From: Macrostomum hystrix
Lineage: Eukaryota > Animalia > Platyhelminthes
NCBI GenBank assembly: GCA_950097015.1
Contig: CATNEN010000031.1
Span: 1,798,001-1,862,000 of the forward strand
Length of the DNA stretch: 64,000 nt
Direction of reading: 5' to 3'
In this document: piece after piece, positions 43,348 to 55,414 of the stretch
Layout: every line of letters begins with the position of its first letter
Numbering within the stretch: position 1 is the first letter of the stretch
Position numbers and translations under genes: made by a program
Notes under the pieces: model-generated
Seen by the model: the letters and a program-made list of their open reading frames with translations, nothing else
Told to the model about the DNA's origin: nothing
Database searches by the model: none

Positions 43348-44391
43348 GGTATAAGCAGTGCTGGAATGATTTATTGCTGCTGGACTGCAGAAACCTAGAT
43401 GCTTTAAATGGATGCTTCTTACAGAAGTTATATGGTTAGCTACTTAGCCATCACCCAGACTTATTGGGAAAAATGGAATGTGTAACTTTTCTGCATTCTA
43501 CTTAATATTCTACGCTACTATGAAAGTGATTTTGTATTTATTATTATATCTGCTGTACTAATTATCTTTGCTAACAAATATTGGTGACAGATTTAGACTG
43601 ACAAAGATAAAAAGAGTAAAATACCAGCATTTAAACAAAAACATCAGTTTAGCCATTCATAACATACATGCGCAACACCCGTCTGAGTGCCAAGCAAGGT
43701 AAGTCGCAAAAACCAATCAACCAAGCGCAAAAAAATCAAAGGGGGGACCAAGGGACAAAAAAGGAAGGCGTGATGAAAAGGAAAAAGGGGAGAGAAAAAG
43801 AGAGCAAATGAGAGCAAACTAAGTCGTAAATAGAGCAATGAAATGAACTAAGTCGCAAATGAGAGCAAACTAAGTCGTAAATAGAGCAAAAACTAAGTCG
43901 CACAGCCGGCTAAGATTTGGGAGGTTGCACATGTATGATTCATAAGACAACTGAACTGATCTCTTTTGGTCAGAAACTAAATAAAGCAACACAACATGTT
44001 GCTGCTGTAACAGATATAAAGCATGGTTGGTCCATTTATGTTTCAATTAAAGTTAAATTCCTAAAGAATGTGGTAGGCACTGTTTGAATTTTAAAAGCTG
44101 AAAAGCCAAAGACAACCTGCTATATTTGATGACATAGGAAAGCACCAAATTAACAAAAACTAACTGAGAATCCATAGAAAAAAGTTAACACTTAGATCAA
44201 CAAAGCCGCTAACCTGAGGCCATAGTTGCATTTTAGAATTTTTGGGCTGCCTGTGTAACTGTTCCACTGTCCTTTCCTATGTGCAAAATAAAAATGCATT
44301 TTAGATCAGTTTAAGTTGCAACTTTACCCAAAAAATGGGCAAAAAATTGTTCTTTTTCTTTAATCAAAATTTAGTTTGATTAATTTATGGG

Positions 44392-44730
44392 GGTCAATGG
44401 CAGAACAGTTAATAGATTTGCCTCACACACCACAGTCCCAAAGTTGATTCCATGGTGAGGCCACATTTATTTGGGGCACAGACATGGAGAGAAGGCTTAG
44501 GGGCTTGTGAAATTTATGCCATTAAGGGCCAACCTAGGCATAATGAAGTGTACACTGCCTAATGACGAGAAAGTCAGGGCAGATGTACACACCTGTGTGA
44601 GCATATGCCTGCATATGCCTATAGTATCTGTGTGCATATGTTGCTGAGGAGTTAGCAACCTGGGCAGAATTGCCTCCTTGCTGGCTGTGGGTCTAGTGTC
44701 ACCAAATGAGATAATGAGATGTAATAATTA
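44392..44730 (+). mobile_element. SINE family 1 copy h (CpG-decayed), upstream of RCC1
   Basis: Degenerate head plus 'gtgtacactgcctaatgacgagaaagtcagggcagatgtacacacctgtgtgag...ggtctagtgtcacc'. Confidence 0.78.
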
Positions 44731-45714
44731 TTTTTATTAGATTAAATCCCAGATTTTTTGTTTCTCTAATTTGTAGTACCTATTATATTTTGAATCAATT
44801 ATATAGGCCTAGTCATTAATTACTATTAATAATAATGATTATAACAAAGTAAACAAAAATGCAGCATCAAATCATCATACATATAATAGTAATAAAAATT
44901 ATGATAACAGTGATAACAATATTGATAATCATTTTTCAAACAGTAACTTTGACAAGTCCCTTCAGAAATTATCATTAAGAGTGTTGTTATGTGTAAATTC
45001 TTAGCAAAATATTGCTTACTCACTTATCAAAACTTTCAAATTTAATATTTAATAAGGTAAAAGGTGGATAAGATCAAGATCAGAACTTCAGAGGCTCTTG
45101 GAGATCTAAATTATTGATTAGGGCCTATATGTCATGAGAGAAAGGGGAGATCAAAACTGTTCAGTGCAAATTAGCTAAGCATAACCCAGCCCAACACAGG
45201 GGCCTTTTAATTTTATATAAACGTAGGAAAATGTCCAATATTAAACGTCTATACTTCCAGTACCAGAACCAGTACCAGAACCAGTACCAGAAAAAAATTA
45301 TGTTATAGCCAACAAAAAATCGACAAGCAACTAATAAAAAGACTTCTAACAGATGAAATACTTATATATCGGTCCGAAAATATCATTATTGAGAATAAAA
45401 TTAATAAATATCGACGGACTTGCGCACAACACACAAAGAATCGTTTACTTTCACAAAACGTTTTCTAATATATGTTTTTCATAGAATAAAACAAATTTGC
45501 TCAACCAACTAAGTAAACGAATACAAAAAGCGGTTTACTAAATATCGCAACTACTAAAATAACAACTCAAAACTCACCTCATTAAATGTGTTTGTATAAT
45601 TTATTATTTTTATAATCATCGTAAACTTCATCAAAAAAACTAAAAATATAACCTCACTTTTGCGCTTCGCAGGATTATTACTCGTACATGATATACAGCT
45701 GAGAGCAATGATAA

Positions 45715-48700
45715 GGAAGGAAACATTATCTGTGAACACGGCTGTAAAATTTCAGAGCCCTGACTAGTCGCGTCTCGGAGTTGTAGACCCTCGAGTCCCC
45801 CCCACTCTGATATCTCCCATTTTAAAAGTACTTTTCGTCACCTCACTGAATCTGGTGGTCAGACGAGGCTGAAAACTCAGATCTGGAAGGAAACATTATC
45901 TGTGAATACGGCTGTAAAATTTCAGAGCCCTGACTAGTCGCGTCTCGAAGTTGTAGACCCTCGAGTCCCCCCCACTCTGATATCTCCCATTTTAAAAGTA
46001 CTTTTCGTCACCTCACTGAATCTGGTGGTCAAAAAAAGCTGAAATCTCAGATCTGGAAGGAAACATTATCTGTGAACACGGCTGTAAAATTTCAGAGCCC
46101 TGACTAGTCGCGTCTCGGAGTTGTAGACCCTCGAGTCCCCCCCACTCTGATATCTCCCATTTTAAAAGTACTTTTCGTCACCTCACTGAATCTGGTGGTC
46201 AGACGAGGCTAAAAACTCAGATCTGGAAGGAAACATTATCTGTAAACACGGCTGTAAAATTTCAGAGCCCTGACTAGTCGCGTCTCGGAGTTGTAGACCC
46301 TCGAGTCCCCCCCACTCTGATATCTCCCATTTTAAAAGTACTTTTCGTCACCTCACTGAATCTGGTGGTCAGACGAGGCTGAAAACTCAGATCTGGAAGG
46401 AAACATTATCTGTGAATACGGCTGTAAAATTTCAGAGCCCTGACTAGTCGCGTCTCGGAGTTGTAGACCCTCGAGTCCCCCCCACTCTGATATCTCCCAT
46501 TTTAAAAGTACTTTTCGTCACCTCACTGAATCTGGTGGTCAGACGAGGCTGAAAACTCAGATCTGGAAGGAAACATTATCTGTGAATACGGCTGTAAAAT
46601 TTCAGAGCCCTGACTAGTCGCGTCTCGAAGTTGTAGACCCTCGAGTCCCCCCCACTCTGATATCTCCCATTTTTAAAGTACTTTTCGTCACCTCACTGAA
46701 TCTGGTGGTCAAAAAAAGCTGAAATCTCAGATCTGGAAGGAAACATTATCTGTGAACACGGCTGTAAAATTTCAGAGCCCTGACTAGTCGCGTCTCGGAG
46801 TTGTAGACCCTCGAGTCCCCCCCACTCTGATATCTCCCATTTTAAAAGTACTTTTCGTCACCTCACTGAATCTGGTGGTCAAAAAAAGCTGAAAACTCAG
46901 ATCTGAAAGGAAACATTATCTGTGAACACGGCTGTAAAATTTCAGAGCCCTGACTAGTCGCGTCTCGGAGTTGTAGACCCTCGAGTCCCCCCCACTCTGA
47001 TATCTCCCATTTTAAAAGTACTTTTCGTCACCTCACTGAATCTGGTGGTCAGACGAGGCTGAAAACTCAGATCTGGAAGGAAACATTATCTGTGAACACG
47101 GCTGTAAAATTTCAGAGCCCTGACTAGTCGCGTCTCGGAGTTGTAGACCCTCGAGTCCCCCCCACTCTGATATCTCCCATTTTAAAAGTACTTTTCGTCA
47201 CCTCACTGAATCTGGTGGTCAGACGAGGCTGAAAACTCAAATCTGGAAGGAAACATTATCTGTGAACACGGCTGTAAAATTTCAGAGCCCTGACTAGTCG
47301 CGTCTCGGAGTTGTAGACCCTCGAGTCCCCCCCACTCTGATATCTCCCATTTTAAAAGTACTTTTCGTCACCTCACTGAATCTGGTGGTCAAAAAAAGCT
47401 GAAATCTCAGATCTGGAAGGAAACATTATCTGTGAATAACGTTCTAAAATTTCAGAGCCCTGACTAGTCGCGTCTCGAAGTTGTAGACCCTCGAGTCCCC
47501 CCCACTCTGATATCTCCCATTTTAAAAGTACTTTTCGTCACCTCACTGAATCTGGTGGTCAAAAAAAGCTGAAATCTCAGATCTGGAAGGAAACATTATC
47601 TGTGAACACGGCTGTAAAATTTCAGAGCCCTGACTAGTCGCGTCTCGGAGTTGTAGACCCTCGAGTCCCCCCCACTCTGATATCTCCCATTTTAAAAGTA
47701 CTTTTCGTCACCTCACTGAATCTGGTGGTCAGACGAGGCTGAAAACTCAGATCTGGAAGGAAACATTATCTGTGAATACGGCTGTAAAATTTCAGAGCCC
47801 TGACTAGTCGCGTCTCGAAGTTGTAGACCCTCGAGTCCCCCCCACTCTGATATCTCCCATTTTAAAAGTACTTTTCGTCACCTCACTGAATCTGGTGGTC
47901 AAAAAAAGCTGAAATCTCAGATCTGGAAGGAAACATTATCTGTGAACACGGCTGTAAAATTTCAGAGCCCTGACTAGTCGCGTCTCGGAGTTGTAGACCC
48001 TCGAGTCCCCCCCACTCTGATATCTCCCATTTTAAAAGTACTTTTCGTCACCTCACTGAATCTGGTGGTCAAAAAAAGCTGAAATCTCAGATCTGGAAGG
48101 AAACATTATCTGTGAACACGGCTGTAAAATTTCAGAGCCCTGACTAGTCGCGTCTCGGAGTTGTAGACCCTCGAGTCCCCCCCACTCTGATATCTCCCAT
48201 TTTAAAAGTACTTTTCGTCACCTCACTGAATCTGGTGGTCAGACGAGGCTGAAAACTCAGATCTGGAAGGAAACATTATCTGTGAATACGGCTGTAAAAT
48301 TTCAGAGCCCTGACTAGTCGCGTCTCGAAGTTGTAGACCCTCGAGTCCCCCCCACTCTGATATCTCCCATTTTAAAAGTACTTTTCGTCACCTCACTGAA
48401 TCTGGTGGTCAAAAAAAGCTGAAATCTCAGATCTGGAAGGAAACATTATCTGTGAACACGGCTGTAAAATTTCAGAGCCCTGACTAGTCGCGTCTCGGAG
48501 TTGTAGACCCTCGAGTCCCCCCACTCTGATATCTCCCATTTTAAAAGTACTTTTCGTCACCTCACTGAATCTGGTGGTCAGACGAGGCTAAAAACTCAGA
48601 TCTGGAAGGAAACATTATCTGTAAACACGGCTGTAAAATTTCAGAGCCCTGACTAGTCGCGTCTCGGAGTTGTAGACCCTCGAGTCCCCCCCACTCTGAT

Positions 48701-51700
48701 ATCTCCCATTTTAAAAGTACTTTTCGTCACCTCACTGAATCTGGTGGTCAGACGAGGCTAAAAACTCAGATCTGGAAGGAAACATTATCTGTAAACACGG
48801 CTGTAAAATTTCAGAGCCCTGACTAGTCGCGTCTCGGAGTTGTAGACCCTCGAGTCCCCCCCACTCTGATATCTCCCATTTTAAAAGTACTTTTCGTCAC
48901 CTCACTGAATCTGGTGGTCAGACGAGGCTGAAAACTCAGATCTGGAAGGAAACATTATCTGTGAATACGGCTGTAAAATTTCAGAGCCCTGACTAGTCGC
49001 GTCTCGAAGTTGTAGACCCTCGAGTCCCCCCCACTCTGATATCTCCCATTTTAAAAGTACTTTTCGTCACCTCACTGAATCTGGTGGTCAAAAAAAGCTG
49101 AAATCTCAGATCTGGAAGGAAACATTATCTGTGAACACGGCTGTAAAATTTCAGAGCCCTGACTAGTCGCGTCTCGGAGTTGTAGACCCTCGAGTCCCCC
49201 CCACTCTGATATCTCCCATTTTAAAAGTACTTTTCGTCACCTCACTGAATCTGGTGGTCAGACGAGGCTAAAAACTCAGATCTGGAAGGAAACATTATCT
49301 GTAAACACGGCTGTAAAATTTCAGAGCCCTGACTAGTCGCGTCTCGGAGTTGTAGACCCTCGAGTCCCCCCCACTCTGATATCTCCCATTTTAAAAGTAC
49401 TTTTCGTCACCTCACTGAATCTGGTGGTCAGACGAGGCTGAAATCTCAGATCTGGAAGGAAACATTATCTGTGAATACGGCTGTAAAATTTCAGAGCCCT
49501 GACTAGTCGCGTCTCGGAGTTGTAGACCCTCGAGTCCCCCCCACTCTGATATCTCCCATTTTAAAAGTACTTTTCGTCACCTCACTGAATCTGGTGGTCA
49601 GACGAGGCTGAAAACTCAGATCTGGAAGGAAACATTATCTGTGAATACGGCTGTAAAATTTCAGAGCCCTGACTAGTCGCGTCTCGAAGTTGTAGACCCT
49701 CGAGTCCCCCCCACTCTGATATCTCCCATTTTTAAAGTACTTTTCGTCACCTCACTGAATCTGGTGGTCAAAAAAAGCTGAAATCTCAGATCTGGAAGGA
49801 AACATTATCTGTGAACACGGCTGTAAAATTTCAGAGCCCTGACTAGTCGCGTCTCGGAGTTGTAGACCCTCGAGTCCCCCCCACTCTGATATCTCCCATT
49901 TTAAAAGTACTTTTCGTCACCTCACTGAATCTGGTGGTCAAAAAAAGCTGAAAACTCAGATCTGAAAGGAAACATTATCTGTGAACACGGCTGTAAAATT
50001 TCAGAGCCCTGACTAGTCGCGTCTCGGAGTTGTAGACCCTCGAGTCCCCCCCACTCTGATATCTCCCATTTTAAAAGTACTTTTCGTCACCTCACTGAAT
50101 CTGGTGGTCAGACGAGGCTGAAAACTCAGATCTGGAAGGAAACATTATCTGTGAACACGGCTGTAAAATTTCAGAGCCCTGACTAGTCGCGTCTCGGAGT
50201 TGTAGACCCTCGAGTCCCCCCCACTCTGATATCTCCCATTTTAAAAGTACTTTTCGTCACCTCACTGAATCTGGTGGTCAGACGAGGCTGAAAACTCAGA
50301 TCTGGAAGGAAACATTATCTGTGAATACGGCTGTAAAATTTCAGAGCCCTGACTAGTCGCGTCTCGGAGTTGTAGACCCTCGAGTCCCCCCCACTCTGAT
50401 ATCTCCCATTTTAAAAGTACTTTTCGTCACCTCACTGAATCTGGTGGTCAGACGAGGCTGAAAACTCAGATCTGGAAGGAAACATTATCTGTGAATACGG
50501 CTGTAAAATTTCAGAGCCCTGACTAGTCGCGTCTCGAAGTTGTAGACCCTCGAGTCCCCCCCACTCTGATATCTCCCATTTTTAAAGTACTTTTCGTCAC
50601 CTCACTGAATCTGGTGGTCAAAAAAAGCTGAAATCTCAGATCTGGAAGGAAACATTATCTGTGAACACGGCTGTAAAATTTCAGAGCCCTGACTAGTCGC
50701 GTCTCGGAGTTGTAGACCCTCGAGTCCCCCCCACTCTGATATCTCCCATTTTAAAAGTACTTTTCGTCACCTCACTGAATCTGGTGGTCAAAAAAAGCTG
50801 AAAACTCAGATCTGAAAGGAAACATTATCTGTGAACACGGCTGTAAAATTTCAGAGCCCTGACTAGTCGCGTCTCGGAGTTGTAGACCCTCGAGTCCCCC
50901 CCACTCTGATATCTCCCATTTTAAAAGTACTTTTCGTCACCTCACTGAATCTGGTGGTCAGACGAGGCTGAAAACTCAGATCTGGAAGGAAACATTATCT
51001 GTGAACACGGCTGTAAAATTTCAGAGCCCTGACTAGTCGCGTCTCGGAGTTGTAGACCCTCGAGTCCCCCCCACTCTGATATCTCCCATTTTAAAAGTAC
51101 TTTTCGTCACCTCACTGAATCTGGTGGTCAGACGAGGCTGAAAACTCAAATCTGGAAGGAAACATTATCTGTGAACACGGCTGTAAAATTTCAGAGCCCT
51201 GACTAGTCGCGTCTCGGAGTTGTAGACCCTCGAGTCCCCCCCACTCTGATATCTCCCATTTTAAAAGTACTTTTCGTCACCTCACTGAATCTGGTGGTCA
51301 AAAAAAGCTGAAATCTCAGATCTGGAAGGAAACATTATCTGTGAATAACGTTCTAAAATTTCAGAGCCCTGACTAGTCGCGTCTCGAAGTTGTAGACCCT
51401 CGAGTCCCCCCCACTCTGATATCTCCCATTTTAAAAGTACTTTTCGTCACCTCACTGAATCTGGTGGTCAAAAAAAGCTGAAATCTCAGATCTGGAAGGA
51501 AACATTATCTGTGAACACGGCTGTAAAATTTCAGAGCCCTGACTAGTCGCGTCTCGGAGTTGTAGACCCTCGAGTCCCCCCCACTCTGATATCTCCCATT
51601 TTAAAAGTACTTTTCGTCACCTCACTGAATCTGGTGGTCAGACGAGGCTGAAAACTCAGATCTGGAAGGAAACATTATCTGTGAATACGGCTGTAAAATT

Positions 51701-54700
51701 TCAGAGCCCTGACTAGTCGCGTCTCGAAGTTGTAGACCCTCGAGTCCCCCCCACTCTGATATCTCCCATTTTAAAAGTACTTTTCGTCACCTCACTGAAT
51801 CTGGTGGTCAAAAAAAGCTGAAATCTCAGATCTGGAAGGAAACATTATCTGTGAACACGGCTGTAAAATTTCAGAGCCCTGACTAGTCGCGTCTCGGAGT
51901 TGTAGACCCTCGAGTCCCCCCCACTCTGATATCTCCCATTTTAAAAGTACTTTTCGTCACCTCACTGAATCTGGTGGTCAGACGAGGCTGAAAACTCAAA
52001 TCTGGAAGGAAACATTATCTGTGAACACGGCTGTAAAATTTCAGAGCCCTGACTAGTCGCGTCTCGGAGTTGTAGACCCTCGAGTCCCCCCCACTCTGAT
52101 ATCTCCCATTTTAAAAGTACTTTTCGTCACCTCACTGAATCTGGTGGTCAAAAAAGCTGAAATCTCAGATCTGGAAGGAAACATTATCTGTGAACACGGC
52201 TGTAAAATTTCAGAGCCCCGACTAGTCGCGTCTCGGAGTTGTAGACCCTCGAGTCCCCCCCACTCTGATATCTCCCATTTTAAAAGTACTTTTCGTCACC
52301 TCACTGAATCTGGTGGTCAGACGAGGCTGAAAACTCAGATCTGGAAGGAAACATTATCTGTGAACACGGCTGTAAAATTTCAGAGCCCTAACTAGTCGCG
52401 TCTCGGAGTTGTAGACCCTCGAGTCCCCCCCACTCTGATATCTCCCATTTTAAAAGTACTTTTCGTCACCTCACTGAATCTGGTGGTCAGACGAGGCTGA
52501 CAACTCAGATCTGGAAGGAAACATTATCTGTGAACACGGCTGTAAAATTTCAGAGACCTGACTAGTCGCGTCTCGGAGTTGTAGACCCTCGAGTCCCCCC
52601 CCACTCTGATATCTCCCATTTTAAAAGTACTTTTCGTCACCTCACTGAATCTGGTGGTCAAAAAAAGCTGAAATCTCAGATCTGGAAGGAAACATTATCT
52701 GTGAACACGGCTGTAAAATTTCAGAGCCCTGACTAGTCGCGTCTCGGAGTTGTAGACCCTCGAGTCCCCCCCACTCTGATATCTCCCATTTTAAAAGTAC
52801 TTTTCGTCACCTCACTGAATCTGGTGGTCAGACGAGGCTGACAACTCAGATCTGGAAGGAAACATTATCTGTGAACACGGCTGTAAAATTTCAGAGACCT
52901 GACTAGTCGCGTCTCGGAGTTGTAGACCCTCGAGTCCCCCCCACTCTGATATCTCCCATTTTAAAAGTACTTTTCGTCACCTCACTGAATCTGGTGGTCA
53001 GACGAGGCTGAAAACTCAGATCTGGAAGGAAACATTATCTGTGAACACGGCTGTAAAATTTCAGAGCCCTAACTAGTCGCGTCTCGAAGTTGTAGACCCT
53101 CGAGTCCCCCCCACTCTGATATCTCCCATTTTAAAAGTACTTTTCGTCACCTCACTGAATCTGGTGGTCAAAAAAAGCTGAAAACTCAGATCTGGAAGGA
53201 AACATTATCTGTGAACACGGCTGTAAAATTTCAGAGCCCCGACTAGTCGCGTCTCGGAGTTGTAGACCCTCGAGTCCCCCCCACTCTGATATCTCCCATT
53301 TTAAAAGTACTTTTCGTCACCTCACTGAATCTGGTGGTCAGACGAGGCTGAAAACTCAGATCTGGAAGGAAACATTATCTGTGAACACGGCTGTAAAATT
53401 TCAGAGCCCTGACTAGTCGCGTCTCGGAGTTGTAGACCCTCGAGTCCCCCCCACTCTGATATCTCCCATTTTAAAAGTACTTTTCGTCACCTCACTGAAT
53501 CTGGTGGTCAGACGAGGCTGAAAACTCAAATCTGGAAGGAAACATTATCTGTGAACACGGCTGTAAAATTTCAGAGCCCTGACTAGTCGCGTCTCGGAGT
53601 TGTAGACCCTCCAGTCCCCCCCACTCTGATATCTCCCATTTTAAAAGTACTTTTCGTCACCTCACTGAATCTGGTGGTCAGACGAGGCTGAAAACTCAGA
53701 TCTGGAAGGAAACATTATCTGTGAACACGGCTGTAAAATTTCAGAGCCCTGACTAGTCGCGTCTCGGAGTTGTAGACCCTCGAGTCCCCCCCACTCTGAT
53801 ATCTCCCATTTTAAAAGTACTTTTCGTCACCTCACTGAATCTGGTGGTCAAAAAAAGCTAAAAACTCAGATCTGGAAGGAAACATTATCTGTGAACACGG
53901 CTGTAAAATTTCAGAGCCCTGACTAGTCGCGTCTCGAAGTTGTAGACCCTCGAGTCCCCCCCACTCTGATATCTCCCATTTTAAAAGTACTTTTCGTCAC
54001 CTCACTGAATCTGGTGGTCAAAAGAAGCTGAAAACTCAGATCTGGAAGGAAACATTATCTGTGAACACGGCTGTAAAATTTCAGAGCCCTGACTAGTCGC
54101 GTCTCGGAGTTGTAGACCCTCGAGTCCCCCCCACTCTGATATCTCCCATTTTAAAAGTACTTTTCGTCACCTCACTGAATCTGGTGGTCAGACGAGGCTG
54201 AAAACTCAGATCTGGAAGGAAACATTATCTGTGAACACGGCTGTAAAATTTCAGAGCCCTGACTAGTCGCGTCTCGGAGTTGTAGACCCTCGAGTCCCCC
54301 CCACTCTGATATCTCCCATTTTAAAAGTACTTTTCGTCACCTCACTGAATCTGGTGGTCAGACGAGGCTGAAAACTCAAATCTGGAAGGAAACATTATCT
54401 GTGAACACGGCTGTAAAATTTCAGAGCCCTGACTAGTCGCGTCTCGGAGTTGTAGACCCTCGAGTCCCCCCCACTCTGATATCTCCCATTTTAAAAGTAC
54501 TTTTCGTCACCTCACTGAATCTGGTGGTCAAAAAAAGCTGAAATCTCAGATCTGGAAGGAAACATTATCTGTGAATAACGTTCTAAAATTTCAGAGCCCT
54601 GACTAGTCGCGTCTCGAAGTTGTAGACCCTCGAGTCCCCCCCACTCTGATATCTCCCATTTTAAAAGTACTTTTCGTCACCTCACTGAATCTGGTGGTCA

Positions 54701-54931
54701 AAAAAAGCTGAAATCTCAGATCTGGAAGGAAACATTATCTGTGAACACGGCTGTAAAATTTCAGAGACCTGACTAGTCGCGTCTCGGAGTTGTAGACCCT
54801 CGAGTCCCCCCCACTCTGATATCTCCCATTTTAAAAGTACTTTTCGTCACCTCACTGAATCTGGTGGTCAGACGAGGCTGAAAACTCAGATCTGGAAGGA
54901 AACATTATCTGTGAACACGACTGTAAAATTT
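45715..54931 (+). repeat. Left arm: 170-bp satellite array, ~54 near-identical monomers
   Basis: 'aaacattatc' recurs at 45721, 45891, 46061...; two main spacer variants (AGACGAGGCT and AAAAAAAGCT). Confidence 0.98.
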
Positions 54932-55377
54932 TTCAAGTTTGTGGAAGAATCTGAAAAAGGAGGTTTTGAAGGAGCTATTGTTTCTGTAGTTTTTTTTTCG
55001 TTTTTTCAGTTTGTTTCGATTTAGCCTAATATAATATAAGTTTTTCTTTTGGTATATTTTTCGTGAGCCCTCCTCTTTTTGAAACCAGGCTTGGGACTGG
55101 CTTAGGCAGAGTTTTTCACAAAGTCTTTAATACATTTTTAGTTTTAGTTTTTTGTAAGATTTTTGTTTTTTTTAAGCGTTTTGTTGGTTTTAGTGTTTTT
55201 GTTTCACACAAAAGCCAATATTTACGAGTAGATAAGTCTTACAATATTTTGCAGCTTAGATTATTCACAGTTTTACATGCAAACCGGTGGTATAATTTTT
55301 TACAGAATTGACTTGTCCTTATTAAAAAACTACAGATTTGACATTTCATTTTTAAGCAAGTAGCTTTTAGTAATTAG

Positions 55378-55383
55378 TTTATT
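55378..55383 (-). promoter_or_regulatory. Candidate polyadenylation signal (AATAAA) of the transposase transcript
   Basis: TTTATT on the plus strand, ~32 nt downstream of the stop codon at 55415. Confidence 0.45.
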
Positions 55384-55414
55384 TTTTCACTGCACTCTTG
55401 GTGCATCCATCCAG

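Noticed and set aside
52144-52395. 83-aa ORF in the satellite, and the similar ORF 60471..60674
   Set aside because: It arises from a single TGA-to-CGA variant in a 170-bp (non-triplet) monomer; all other copies have the stop.
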